Shown here one piece after another: positions 47,955 through 62,071 of a stretch of 64,000 nt of DNA. The position numbers were made by a program, and so were the translations under genes. The number at the start of each line of letters is the position of its first letter. Positions within the stretch are counted from its first letter, which is position 1. Location: the NCBI GenBank assembly GCA_038087875.1, contig JAXLNO010000110.1, positions 186,001-250,000 on the forward strand, given 5' to 3'. A model generated the notes under the pieces. It did not search any database. It was not told the DNA's origin and worked only from the letters and a program-made list of their open reading frames with translations. This stretch comes from Malacoraja senta (Eukaryota).

Positions 47955-49809
47955 GGGGGACAAGGGTGGAACTGGCACGGGATCCGGAGTAAGGAAGGCA
48001 AATTCAATGCTGGCATTTATATCAAGAGGACTGGAATACAAAATCAGAGATGAAATGCTGAGGCTCTATAAGGTGCTGGTCAGGCCTCATTTGGAGCAAA
48101 TTTGGGCCCCATATCTGAGGAAGGTTGTGCTGGCTCTGGACAAGATCCGGAAGAAGTTTACAACAATGATTCTAGGAATGAGTGGGTTAGCATATGATGA
48201 GCATTTGACAGCAATGGGCCTGTACTCGAGTGAGTTCAGAAGGTTGAGGGGGGACCTCATTGAAACTTACAGAATGAAAGGCAGAGATTGAGTAGATGTG
48301 GAGAGGATGTTTCCACAAGTGGGAGAGTCTAGGACCAGAGGTCATCGCCTCAGAATTAAAGGGCGCTCTTTTAGAAAGAAGGTGAGGAAAAACTTCTTTA
48401 GTCAGAAGGTGGATATTGTTAAGGCAGAGATTGACAAATTCTTGATTAGAACGGGTGTCAAGGGTTATGGAGAGACTGCAGGAAAATGGGATTAGGAGGC
48501 AGAGATCAGCCATGATTGAGTGGCGGCGCCCTTTACGTGGCAACTATTTACATACCTCGGGCATGCAGGCAAAGAATCTCACTGTGACCTGTCACCTGTG
48601 ACCATAAAGTATTCAATCCAATTCAACCTGATGGAATTATATAAAGTTATGAGTGGCGTAGAGAGGGTAGACAGTCAGAACCCTTTTCCCCGCAGTGGAG
48701 ATGTCAAAGTCTAGAGGGCATTCATTTAAAATCGAAAGGGGGGACTTTAAAGGAGATGTGTGGGGCAGGTTATTTTACACAGAGTGCTGAAGGCAGATAC
48801 GATAGTGGTGTTTAAAACGCTTTCAGTTTAGTTTAGTTCAGAGATACAGCTCGGAAACAGGCCCTTCGGCCCACCACGTCCGCGTCAACCAGCGATCCCT
48901 GCACATTAACACTATCCTGCACACACTAGCGGACAATTTTACACATACACCAAGCCAATTAACCCACATACCTGTACGTCTTTGGAGTGTGGGAGCAAAA
49001 TATGTCATGGGGAGAACATACAAACTCCATGCAGACAGCACCCTTAGTCAGGATCGAACCGAGGTCTCTGTTGCTGCAAGCGCTGTAAGGCAGCAGCGCC
49101 ACCTCCTCCCTCGACTCCGTCCAAGGACCACCGACAGTTCTTTCAAAGTCAAATGTAGTCGTCAAATGCACCCAAAGGTGCAGTGAAATGAATTTGCCAG
49201 CAGCGATACACTTACAAAAAGAACACACAATACACAAGAATTTAACACAAACGTCCACCACAGCATTCTTCACTGTGGTGGGAGGCAACAAAGTTTAGTC
49301 AGTGCAGTATGTGCAGCAAGGAACTGCAGATGCTGGTTTACGCCGAAGATAAGACACAAAATGCTGGAGTAGTCAGCGGGACAGGGAGCATCTCTGGAGA
49401 GAAGGAATGGGTGACGTTTCAGGGTCCGAAGAAAGGTCTCGACCCAAAACATCACCTTCCATCCATCTTAGATACATCTTTGATAAGCATCGCAGATACT
49501 GTAAAAGTGTATCACAGTAGCGCACTGAGACAGTGTACGGAGTCACCATTTTCAAGTTCCAGTTGTAACGTTCAATGTAAATTGGAGGAACAGTACCTCA
49601 TATTCCGTGTGGGCAGCTCACAAACCAGCAGTAGGAATACTGACTTCTCTAACTTTGTGTAATCTTTGCATCCCCTCTCTCTCTGTCCCTCCCCCACCCT
49701 AGTCCTCAGACTAGATTCACTGTCCTCCTCTTCAATTTTACTGATTGAACGCCTCGTTGTCATCTCTCTCCCCCCCCCCCCCGCCAACAATGAACCATTG
49801 TACATTGCA

Positions 49810-50755
49810 TAGAAACATAGAAAATAGGTGCAGGAGGAGGCCATTCGGCCCTACGAGCCAGCATCGCCATTCATTGTGATCATGGCTGATCGTCCCCAAT
49901 CAATAACCCGTGCCTGCCTTCTCCCCATATCCCTTGATTCCACTAGTCTCTAGAGCATCATCTAACTCTCTCTTAAATCCATCCAGTGATTTGTGGCAGG
50001 AATTCCACAAATTCACAACTCTCTGGGTGAAAAATGTTTTTTCTCACCTCAGTCTTAAATGGCTTCCCCTTTATTCTAAGACTGTGGCCCCTGATTCTGG
50101 ACTCGACCAATATTGGGAACATGTTTCCTGCATCTAGCTTGTCCAGTCCTTTTATAATTGTATGGATCTATAAGAACCCCCCTCATCCTTCAAAACTCCA
50201 GTGAATACAAGCCTAGTCTTTTCAATCTTTCCTCATATGACAGTCCCCGCCATCCCAGGGATCAATCTCGTGAACCTACGCTGCACTGCCTCAATCACAA
50301 GGATGCCCTTCCTCAAATTAGGAGACCAAAACTGTACACAATATTCCAGATACCCAGGCCTCACTGTACCTCCCCCTTACCTAACCTAACCCCGTTGAGA
50401 TAATAATCTGCCCCCTTGTTTTTGCCACCAAATTGGATAACCTGACATTTATTAATATTATAATGCATCTGCCATGCATCTGCCCACTCACTCAACCTGT
50501 CCAGGTCACCCTGCAACCTCCTAACATCCTCTTCACAGTTCACACTGCTACCCAGCTTTGTGTCATCCGCAAACTTGCTAGTGTTGCTCCTAATTCCCTC
50601 TTTCAAATCATTAATATATATGGTAAACAGTTGCGGCCCCAACACCGAGCCTTGCGGAACTCCACTCGCCACTGCCTGCCATTCTGAAAAGGACCCATTC
50701 ACTCCTACTCTTTGCTTCCTGTCTACCAACCAATTTTCTATCCATGTCAACACCC
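49810..50755 (-). mobile_element. CR1 LINE 3' fragment, internally deleted (paralog ~60390-61482)
   Basis: GVPQGSVLGP and FADDTK motifs in ORF 50361-50789. Confidence 0.88.
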
Positions 50756-51343
50756 TTGAGCATCGTCTGCTTTGATCTGTCGTTTTCACACCTTACCCTT
50801 CCATATCTCGAGTCTCCCTCTTCCCTGACTCTCGGTCTGACGGGTCTCGACCCGAAACGTCACCCATTCCCTCTCCATAAGGTCATAAGTGACAGGAGCA
50901 GAATTAGGCCATTCGGCATTCAATGATGGCTGATCTATCTCTCCCTCCGAACCCCATTCTCCTGCCTTCTCCCCATAAACCCTGACACCCGTACTAATTA
51001 AGAATCTATCTATCTCTGCTTTAAAAAATATCCGTTGACTTGGCCTCCACAGCCGTCTGTGGTAAAGAATACCACAGATTCACCACCACAGAATTCACAG
51101 ATCCACAGATGCTGCTTATTCCGCTGAATTACTCTAGCATTTTGTGTCTATTTTTGGATAGGCGTGTGGATATGCAGGGAATGGAGGGATATGGATCACT
51201 TGCAGGCAGAGGAGATGAGTTTAACTTGGCATCATGTTCAGTACAGACATTGTGGGCTGAAGGGCCTGTTCCTGTGCTATACTGTTCTCTGGTCTATGAT
51301 AACCCGAAGGATTACTTGTGAACAGCAAGTTTTAGTGCATATA

Positions 51344-52947
51344 CAGTGCCCTCCATAATGTTTGGGACAAAGACGCATCATTTATTTATTTGCCTCTGTA
51401 CTCCACAACTTGAGATTTTGTCATTTAAAAAATCACATGTGGTTAATGTGCACATTTTATTAAAGGCCATTTTTATACATTTTGGCTTCACCATGTAGAA
51501 ATTACAGCTGTATTTATACATAGTCCCCCCATTTCAGGGCACCATAATGTTTGGGACACGTGGCTTCACAGGCGTTTGTAATTGCTCAGGTGGTGTTTAA
51601 ATGCCTCCTTAATGCAGGTATAAGAGAGCTCTCAGCACCTAGTCTTTCTTCCAGTCTTTCCATCACCTTTGGAAACTTTTATTGCTATTTATCAACATGA
51701 GGACCAAAGTTGTGCCAATGAAAGTCAAAGCCATTATGAGTGAGAAACAAGAATAAAACTGTTAGAGACATCAGCCAAACCTTAGGCTTACCAAAATCAA
51801 CTGTTTGGAATATCATTAAGAAGAAAGAGAGCACTGGTGAGTTTACTAATCGCAAAGGGACTGGCAGGCCAAGGACGACGTCCACAGCTGATGACAGAAT
51901 AATTTTCTCTACAATAAAGAAAAATCCCCAAATCCGACAGATCAGAAACACTCCTCAGGAGTCAGGTGTAGATTTGTCAATGACCATTGTCCGTAGAAGA
52001 CTTCAAGAACAGAAATACAGAGGCTACACTGCAAGATGCAAACCACTGGTTAGCCTAAAAAATAGGATGGCCAGGTTACAGTTTGCCAATAAGTACTTAA
52101 AAGAGCAACCACAGTTCTGGAAAAAGGTCTTGTGGACAGATGAGACGAAGATTAACATATCAGAGTGATGGCAAAGTATGAAGGAGAGAAGGAACTGCCC
52201 AAGATCCAAAGCATACCACCTCATCTGTGAAACACGATGGTGGGGGTGTTATGGCCTGGGCATGTATGGCTGCTGAAGGTACTGGCTCACTTATCTTCTT
52301 GATGATACAACTGCTGATGGTAGCAGCATAATGAATTCTGAAGTGTATAGACACATCCTATTTGCTCAAGTTCAAACAAATGCCTCAAAACTCATTGGCC
52401 GGCGGTTCATTCTACAGCAAGACAATGATCCCAAACATACTGCTGAAGCAACAAAGGAGTTTTTCAAAGCTAAAAAATGCTCAATTCTTGAGTGACCAAG
52501 TCAATCACCTGATCTGAACCCAATTGAGCATGTCTTTTATAGCCCCCAAAACAAGCATAAGCTAAAGATGGCTGCAATACAGGCCTGGCAGAGCATCACC
52601 AGAGAAGACACCCAGCAACTGGTGATGTCCATGAATCGCAGACTTCAAGCAGTCATTGCAAGCAAAGGATATGCAACAAAATACTAAACATGACTACTTT
52701 CATTTACACGATACTGCTGTGTCCCAAACATTATGGTGCCCTGAAATGGGGGGACTATGTATAAACACTGCTGTAATTTCTACATGGTGAAACCAAAATG
52801 TATAAAAATGGCTTTTATTAAAATCTGACAATGTGCACTCTAACCACATGTGATTTTTTTTCCATTACAAATCTCAAATTGTGGAGTACAGAGGCAGATA
52901 TATAAATAAATGACGGGTCTTTGTCCCAAACATTATGTAGGGCACTG
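51344..52947 (+). mobile_element. Full-length Tc1 transposon with long IR/DR-type TIRs; transposase pseudogene (~51697-52687)
   Basis: TA|CAGTGCCCT...AGGGCACTG|TA; ~220-bp TIRs with an internal repeat CCATAATGTTTGGGACA; GRPR and WTDETK motifs; frameshifts. Confidence 0.95.
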
Positions 52948-53419
52948 TATTAAATATTAAATACTAACAGAGAAATATGAGGTGTAGTTCCTCCAATTTG
53001 CTTTTGGCAGGTTGCATTCATGAAGGGCGTTTGGTATATTTCCCCCTCCCGGCTTGTGGATTGTGGATTAAAATACCAATCTCAAGGTTCCACCCAACAG
53101 CTGATGACCCAATTGTTATATCGCTGGGAACTAAAACATCATTCAGGGCGATTCCTGCCTGCTTCAGGGTGCAGGAGGCAAGGGAGGAGGGGAGGGGTGG
53201 AGGGAGAGGAACATGAGCCTCCTTTCACATTATACAGGGGTGGCACGGTGATGCAGTGGGTAGAGCTGCTGCCTCACTGCACCAGACCCGGGTTCCATCC
53301 TGACCACGGGCGCTGTCTGTACGGAGTTTTACCTTCTCCCCTTGACCCTTGCTTACTTGCTTCAGCTTAACAATACCTTAACACAACAAATGTACTGTGC
53401 AATAATAAATGAAATAGAA

Positions 53420-54575
53420 CCATAGATAATAGGTGCAGGAGTGGGCCATTCAGCCCTTCAAGCCAGCACCGCCATTCAATGTGATCATGGCTGATCATCC
53501 CCAATCAGTACCCTGTTCCTGCCTTCTCCCCATATCCCCCTGATTCCGCTATCTTCAAGAGCCCCATCTAGCTCTCTCTTAAAAGTATCCAGAGAACCGG
53601 CCTCCACCGCCATCTGAGGCGGAGAATTCCACAGACTCACAACTCTCTGTGTGAAAAAGTGTTTCCTCATCTCCGTTCCAAATGGCTTACCCCTTATTCT
53701 TAAACTGTGGCCCCTGGTTCTGGACTCCCCCAATATCGGGAACATGTTTCCTGCCTCTAGCGTGTCCAAACCCTTAATAGTCTTATATTTTTCAATATGA
53801 TCCCTTCTCATCCTTCTAAACTCCAGAGTGTACAAGCCCAGCCGCTCCATTCTCTCAGCATATGACAGTCCCGCAATCCCGGGAATTAACCTTGTGAACC
53901 TACGTTGCACTCCCTCAACAGTAAGAATGTCCTTCCTCAAATTTGGAGACCAAAACTGCACACAATACTCCAGGTGTGGTCTCACTGGGTCCCAGTCCAA
54001 CTGCAGAAGGACCTCTTTGCTCCTGTACTCAAATCCTCTTGTTATAAAGATCAACATGCCATTCGCTTTCTTCACTGCCTGCTGTACCTGCATGCTTACT
54101 TTCATTGATGAACAAGGACCCCCAAATTCCATTGTATTTCCCCTTTTCTCAACTTGACACCATTTAGATAATAATCTTCCTTCCTGTTTTTCTACCAAAG
54201 TGGATTACCTCACATTTATCCACATTAAACTGCATCTGCCCACTCACCCGACCTGTCCAAGTCACCCTGCATTCTCATAGCATCCTCCTCACAGTTCACA
54301 CTGCTATCTAGCTTTGTGTCATCTGCTAATTTGCTAATGTTACTTGTAATCCCTTCATCTAAATCATTAATATATATTATGAATAGCTGCGGTCCCAGCA
54401 CCAAGCCTTGTGGTACCCCATTAGTCACTGCCTGCCATTCTGAAAGGGACCCGTTAATCCCTACTCTTTGTTTCCTGTCTGCCAACCAATTTTCTATCCA
54501 TGTCAGCACTCTACCCCCAATACCATGTGCCTAATCTTGCCCACTAATCTCCTATGTGAGACCTTATCAAATGCA
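53420..54575 (-). mobile_element. CR1 LINE 3' fragment
   Basis: ORFs 54225-54509 and 53485-54198 carry RT and C-terminal motifs. Confidence 0.9.
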
Positions 54576-54893
54576 GATGTTAAGGGATTTTCTAAACTAA
54601 AGAAATAATGAGTCACATGTTGCCAAACTAGTTTAACAAAAGGGAATCACAAAGCATCTGCCAAATGTTTCATCAACACAACTCAAAACTACACATGGGT
54701 TGATTGAGCGTTTGTCGGCACTGGGCCTGTACTCACTGGAGTTTAGAAGGATGAGGGGACACCTCATTGAATCTTACCGAATAGTGAAAGCCCTGGATAG
54801 AATGGATGTGGAGAGGATGTTTCCACTAGTGGGAGAGTCTAGGACTAGAGGGCACAGCCTCAGAATTAAAGGACGTTCCTTTAGGAAGGAGAT

Positions 54894-55093
54894 NNNNNNN
54901 NNNNNNNNNNNNNNNNNNNNNNNNNNNNNNNNNNNNNNNNNNNNNNNNNNNNNNNNNNNNNNNNNNNNNNNNNNNNNNNNNNNNNNNNNNNNNNNNNNNN
55001 NNNNNNNNNNNNNNNNNNNNNNNNNNNNNNNNNNNNNNNNNNNNNNNNNNNNNNNNNNNNNNNNNNNNNNNNNNNNNNNNNNNNNNNNNNNNN
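54894..55093. other. Assembly gap (200 N)
   Basis: Run of N. Confidence 1.
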
Positions 55094-55335
55094 GTTTCGA
55101 CAGAGCGGCCATTCGGTAAGTTTGCTTTTAGGCGATGTAGCTTTTCGGTTCGTTGGCTGTTAGGTGTCCCGCCCTTTCGGTTAGTTTGCATTTAGGCGTC
55201 CCATCCTTTTGGTTAGTAGGCGTTTCGTCTTTGTACTCTTTCGGTTTATTGGCGTTTCGGCCTCGTTTCCATTCGGTTCTTTGGCTTTGACTTCTTTGAT
55301 TCGGCTTCTCGTCCGTCGGCGCCACGTCCGCACAC
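55094..55335. mobile_element. Right arm of the duplicated foldback element (rest lost in the gap)
   Basis: Near-identical to ~47713-47954, with the same downstream flank. Confidence 0.8.
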
Positions 55336-55889
55336 GGGGGACAAGGGTGGAACTGGCACGGGATCCAGAGTAAGGAAGGCAAATTCGATGCTGGCATTTA
55401 TATCAAGAGGACTGGAATACAAAATCAGAGATGAAATGTTGAGGCTCTATAAGGCGCTGGTCAGGCCTCATTTGGAGTACTGTGAGCAAATTTGGGCCCC
55501 ATATCTGAGGAAGGTTGTGCTGGCTCTGGACAAGATCCGGAGGAAGTTTACAACGATGATTCTAGGAATGAGTGGGTTAGCATATGATGAGCATTTGACA
55601 GCAATGGGCCTGTACTCGTGGGAGTTCAGAAGGTTGAGGGGGGACCTCATTGAAACTTACAGAATAATGAAAGGCAGAGATAGGGTGGATGTGGAGAGGA
55701 TGTTTCAACAAGTGGGGAGAGTCTAGGACCAGAGGGCACAGCCTCAGAATTAAAGGGCGCTCTTTTATAAAGGAGGTGAGGAGGAACTTCTTTAGTCAGA
55801 GGGTGGATATTGTTAAGGCAGAGATTGACAAATTCTTGCTTAGAACGGGTGTCAAGGGTTATGGAGAGACTGCAGGAAAATGGGATTAG

Positions 55890-58648
55890 AAACATAGAAA
55901 ACATAGAAAATAGGTGCAGGAGTAGGCCATTCGACCCTTCGAGCCTGCACCACCATTCAATATGATCATGGCTGATCATCCAACTCAGTATCCTGTACCT
56001 GCCTTCTCTCCATACCCCCTGATCCCTTTAGCCACAAGAGCCACATCTAACTCCCTCATAAATATAGCCAATGAACTGGCCTCAACTACCTTCTGTGGCA
56101 GAGAATTCCAGAGATTCACCACTCACTGTGTGAAAAAATGTTTTTTCTCATCTCGGTCCTAAAAGATTTCCCCCTTATCCTTAAACTGTGACCCCCTTGT
56201 TCTGGACTTCCCCAACATCGGGAACAATCTTCCTGCATCTAGTCTGTCCAACCCCCTAAGAATTTTGTAAGTTTCTATAAGATCCCCTCTCAATCTTCTA
56301 AATTCTAGCGAGTACAAGCCGAGTCTATCCAGTCTTTCTTCATATGAAAGTCCTGCCATCCCAGGAATCAGTCTGGTGAGCCTTCTCTGTACTCCCTCTA
56401 TGGCAAGAATGTCCTTCCTCAGATTAGGAGACCAAAACTGTACACAATACTCCAGGTGTGGTCTCACCAAGACCCTGTACAACTGCAGTAGAACCTCCCT
56501 GCTCCTATACTCAAATCCTTTTGCTATGAATGCTAACATACCATTCGCTTTCTTCACTGCCTGCTGCACCTGCATGCCTACTTTCAATGACTGGTGTACC
56601 ATGACACCCAGGTCTCGTTGCATCTCCCCTTTTCCTAATTGGCCACCATTCAGATAATAGTCTACTTTCCTGTTTTTGCCACCAAAGTGGATAACCTCAC
56701 ATTTATCCACATTATACTGCATCTGCCATGTATTTGCCCACTCACCCAGCCTATCCAAGTCACCTTGCAGCCTCCTAGCATCCTCCTCATAGCTAACACT
56801 GCCCCCCAGCTTCGTGTCATCCGCAAACTTGGAGATGTTGCATTCAATTCCCTCGTCCAAATCATTATTATATAATGTAAATAGCTGGGGTCCCAGCACT
56901 GAGCCTTGCGGTACCCCACTAGTCACTGCCTGCCATTGTGAAAAGGACCCGTTTACTCCTGCTCTTTGCTTCCTGTCTGCCAGCCAGTTCTCTATCCACA
57001 TCAATACTGAACCCCCAATACCATGTGCTTTAAGTTTGTATACTAATCTCTTATGTGGGACCTTGTCGAAAGCCTTCTGAAAGTCCAGATATAACACATC
57101 CACTGGTTCTCCCTTATCCACTCTACTAGTTACATCCTCGAAAAATTCTATAAGATTCGTCAGACATGATTTTCCTTTCATAAATCCATGCTGACTTTGT
57201 CCAATGATTTCACCACTTTCCAAATGTGCTGCTATCCCATCTTTAATAACTGACTCTAGCAGTTTCCCCACTGCCGATGTTAGACTAACTGGTCTGTAAT
57301 TCCCCGTTTTCTCTCTCACTCCCTTTTTAAAAGTGGGGTTACATTAGCTACCCTCCAATCCTCAGGAACTACTCCAGAATCTAAAGAGTTTTGAAAAATT
57401 ATCACTAATGCATCCACTATTTCTGGGGCTACTTCCTTAAGTACTCTGGGATGCAGCCTATCTGGCCCTGGGGATTTATCGGCCTTTAATCCATTCAATT
57501 TACCTAACACCACTTCCCGGCTAACCTGGATTTCACTCAGTTCCTCCATCTCCTTTGACCCCCGGTCCCCTGCTATTTCCGGCAGATTATTTTATGTCTT
57601 CCTTAGTGAAGACAGAACCAAAGTAGTTATTCAATTGGTCTGCCATGTCCTTGTTCCCCATGATCAATTCACCTGTTTCTGACTGCAAGGGACCTACATT
57701 TGTTTTAACTAATCTTTTTCTCTTCACATATCTATAAAAACTTTTGCAGTCATTTTTTATGTTCTCTGCCAGTTTTCTTTCATAATCTATTTTCCCCTTT
57801 CCTAATTAAGCCCTGTGTCCTCCTCTGCTGGACTGAATTTTTCCCAGTCCTCTGGTAGGCTGCTTTTTCTGGCTAATTTGTATGCTTCATCTTTTGTTTT
57901 GATACTATCCCTGATTTCCCTTGTTATCTATGGATGCACTACCTTCCCTGATTTATTCTTTTGCCAAACTGGGATGAACAAGTGTTGTAGTTCATCCATG
58001 CAGTCTTTAAATGCCTTCCATTGCACATCCACCGTCAACCCTTTAAGAATCAATTGCCAGTCTATCTTGGCCAATCCACGTCTCATACCCTCAAAGTTAC
58101 CTTTCTTTAAGTTCAGAACCCTTGTTTCTGAATTAACAATGTCACTCTCCATCCTAATGAAGAACTCAACCATATTATGGTCACTCTTGCCCAAGGGGCC
58201 ATGCACAACAAGACTGCTAACTAACCCTTCCTCATTACTCAATACCAAGTCTAGAATAGCCTGCTCTCTCGTTGGTTCCTCTACATGTTGGTTTAGAAAA
58301 CTATCCCGCATACATTCCAAGAAATCCTCTTCCTCAGCACCCCGGGCCAATTTGATTCACCCAATCTATATGTGGATTGAAGTCACCCATTATAACTGTT
58401 TTACCTTTGTTGCACGCATTTCTAATTTCCTGTTTGATGCCATCCCCAACTCCACTACTACTGTTAGGTGGCCTGTACACAACTCCCACTAGCGTTTTCT
58501 GCCCCTTAGTGTTTCGCAGCTCTACCCATATCGATTCCACATCCTCCAAGCTAATGTCCTTCCTTTCTATTGCGTTAATCTCCTCTCTAACCAGCAACGC
58601 TACCCCACCTCCTTTTCCTTTCTGTCTATCCCTCCTGAATATTGAATA
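55890..58648 (-). mobile_element. CR1 LINE, near-complete ORF2 (endonuclease plus RT), frameshifted
   Basis: GVVYRPPN, MGDFN, SDHN, FADDTK motifs; TTTCTATG tail; absent from the paralogous site near 48493. Confidence 0.95.
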
Positions 58649-59364
58649 TTAGGAGGCAGAGATCAGCCATGATTGAATGGTGGATGGGCCGAATGGCCTA
58701 ATTCTACTCCTATAGCTTGTGCACTTGGGATACTTTGAAACTGTCAGCGCCCTTTAGTGGCAACTATTTACATACCTCGGGCATGCAGGCAAAGAATCTC
58801 ACTGTGACCTGTCACCTGTGACCATAAAAGTATTCAATCCAATTCAACCTGATGGAATTATATAAAGTTATGAGTGGCATAGAGAGGGGTAGACAGTCAG
58901 AACCCTTTTCCCCGCAGTGGAGATGTCAAAGACTAGAGGGCATTCGTTTAAAATCGAAAGGGGGGACTTTAAAGGAGATGTGTGGGGCAGGTTATTTTAC
59001 ACAGAGTGCTGAAGGCAGATACGATAGTGGTGTTTAAGAGGCTTTTAGTTTAATTTAGTTTCGAGATTCAGCGCGGAAACAGGCCCTTCGGCCCACCAAG
59101 TCCGCGTCAACCAGCGATCCCCGCACATTAATACTATCCTGCACACACTAGCGGACAATTTTACACATACACCAAGCCAATTAACCCACATACCTGTACG
59201 TCTCTTGGAGTGTGGGAGGAAACTGGAGCACATATGTCATGGGGGAGAACATACAAACTCCATGCAGACAGCACCCTTAGTTAGGATCGAACCCAGGTCT
59301 CTGTTGCTGCAAGCGCTGTAAGGCAGCAGCGCCACCGTGTCTGCCCTTTTGGATACGCAGCACC

Positions 59365-59632
59365 TCCTCTCTCGACTCCGTCCAAGGACCACCAACAGTC
59401 CTTTCAGGTGAGGCAGAGTTTCACTTGCACCTCCTCCAACCTCATCAACTGTATCCGCTGTTCCAGGTGTGGACTCCTGTATATGCGTGAGACCAAGCGC
59501 AGGCTCGGCGATCGTTGCGCTGAACACCTCCGCTCAGTCCGCCTAAACCTACCCGATCTCCCGGTTGCTCAACACTTGAACTCCCCCTCCCATTCCGACA
59601 TTGACCTTTCTGTCCTGGGCCTCCTCCACTGT
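59365..59632 (+). mobile_element. Penelope GIY-YIG endonuclease fragment (paralog of 42630-42903)
   Basis: Same motif and the same flanking junctions. Confidence 0.85.
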
Positions 59633-60389
59633 CATGTGGTATGGCATGGTACTTTATTTGTTACGTACTGAGGTACAGTGAAATCCATTTCTGTACGCAG
59701 TTCAGTACAAGCCAAAGTCAAAGTCAAATGTAGTCGTCAAATGCACCCGAAGGTGCAGTGAAATGAATTTGCCAGCAGCGATACACTTACAAACAAAGAA
59801 CACACAATACACAAGAATTTAACACAACGTCCACCACAGCATTCTTCACTGTGGTGGGAGGCAACAAAGTTCAGTCAGTGCAGTATGTACAGCAAGGAAC
59901 TGCAGATGCTGGTTTACGCCCCAAGTTAGACACAAAATGCTGGAGTAGTCAGCGGGACAGGGAGCATCTCTGGAGAGAAGGAATGGGTGACGTTTCGGGT
60001 CTCGACCCAAAACATCACCTTCTATCCATCTTAGATACATCTTTGATAAACATCGCGCAGATACTGTAAAAGTGTATCACAGGTAGCGCACTGAGACAGT
60101 GTACGGAGTCACCATTTTCAAGTTCCAGTTGTAACGTTCAATGTAAATTGGCAGGAACAGTACCTCATATTCCGTGTGGGCAGCTCACAAACCAGCAGTA
60201 GGAATACTGACTTCTCTAACTTTGTGTAATCTTTGTATCCCCCTCTCTCTCTGTCCCTCCCCACCCTAGTCCTCAGACTAGATTCACTGTCCTCCTCTTC
60301 AATTTTACTGATTGAACGCCTCGTTGTCACCTCCTCCACCCCCCTCCCTCCCCCCCCCCCGCCAACAATGAACCATTGTACATTGCATA

Positions 60390-61482
60390 CAAACATAGAA
60401 AATAGGTGCAGGAGGAGGCCATTCGGCCCTTCGAGCCAGCATCGCCATTCATTGTGATCATGGCTGATCGTCCCCAATCAATAACCCGTGCCTGCCTTTC
60501 TCCCCATATCCCTTGATTCCACTAGTCTCTAGAGCTCCATCTAACTCTCTCTTAAATCCATCCAGTGATTTGTGGCAGGAATTCCACAAATTCACAGCTC
60601 TCTGGGTGAAAAATGTTTTTTCTCACCTCAGTCTTAAATGGCTTCCCCTTTATTCTAAGACTGTGGCCCCTGAATCTGGACTCGACCAATATTGGGAACA
60701 TGTTTCCTGCATCTAGCTTGTCCAGTCCTTTTATAATTTTATATGTTTCTATAAGAAACCCCCTCATCCTTCTAAACTCCAGTGAATACAAGCCTAGTCT
60801 TTTCAATCTTTTCTCATATGACAGTCCCGCCATCCCAGGGATCAATCTCGTGAACCTACGCTGCACTGCCTCAATCACAAGGATGTCCTTCCCTCAAATT
60901 AGGAGACCAAAACTGTACTCAATACTTCAGATGTGGTCTTACCAGAGCCCTATACAACTGCAGAAGAACCTCTTTACTCCTATACTGAAATCCTCTTGTT
61001 ATGAAGGCCAACATTCCATTAGCTTTCTTCACAGCCTGCTGTACCTGCACGCCAACTTTCAGTGACTGGTGTACAAGGTTACCCAGGTCTCACTGTACCT
61101 CCCCCTTACCTAACCTAACCCCATTGAGATAATAATCTGCCCCTTGTTTTTGCCACCAACGTGGATAACCTCAAATTTATCTATATTATACTGTATCTGC
61201 CATGCATCTGCCCACTCACTAAACCTGTCCAGGTCACCCTGCAACCTCCTAACATCCTCTTCACAGTTCACATTGCCACCCAGCTTTGTGTCATCCGCAA
61301 ACTTGCTAGTGTTGCTCCTAATTCCCTCTTTCAAATCATTAATATATATGGTAAACAGTTGCGGCCCCAACACCGAGCCTTGCGGAACTCCACTCGCCAC
61401 TGCCTGCCATTCTGAAAAGGACCCATTCACTCCTACTCTTTGCTTCCTGTCTGCCAACCAATTTTCTATCCATGTCAACACC
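60390..61482 (-). mobile_element. CR1 LINE 3' fragment
   Basis: ORFs 61110-61517 and 60552-60878. Confidence 0.88.
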
Positions 61483-62071
61483 CTTGAGCATCGTCTGCTT
61501 TGATCTGTTGTTTTCACACCTTACCCTTCCATATCTCTAGTCTCCCTCTTCCCTGACTCTCAGTCTGACGGGTCTCGACCCGAAAAGTCACCCATTCCCT
61601 CTCCATAAGGTCATAAGTGACAGGAGCAGAATTAGGCCATTCGGCATTCAATGATGGCTGATCTATCTCTCCCTCCTAACCCCATTCTCCTGCCTTCTCC
61701 CCATAAACCCTGACACCCGTACTAATTAAGAATCTATCTATCTCTGCTTTAAAAATATCCGTTGACTTGGCCTCCACAGCCTTCTGTGGTAAAGAATACC
61801 ACAGATTCACCACCACAGAATTCACAGATCCACAGATGCTGCTTATTCCGTTGAATTACACTAGCATTTTGTGTCTATTTTTGGATAGGCATGTTGATAT
61901 GCAGGGAATGGAGGGATATGGATCACGTGCAGGTAGAGGAGATGAGTTTAACTTGGCATCATGTTCAGTACAGACATTGTGGGCTGAAGGGCCTGTTCCT
62001 GTGCTATACTGTTCTCTGGTCTATGATACCCCGAATGATTACGTTGTGAACAGCAAGTTTTAGTGCATATA

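Larger units (their letters stand above)
47713..53240. repeat. Direct segmental duplication, copy 1 (copy 2 = 55094-64000)
   Basis: Colinear order of foldback arm, CR1, SINE, Penelope, CR1, Tc1 and unique flank. Confidence 0.9.
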
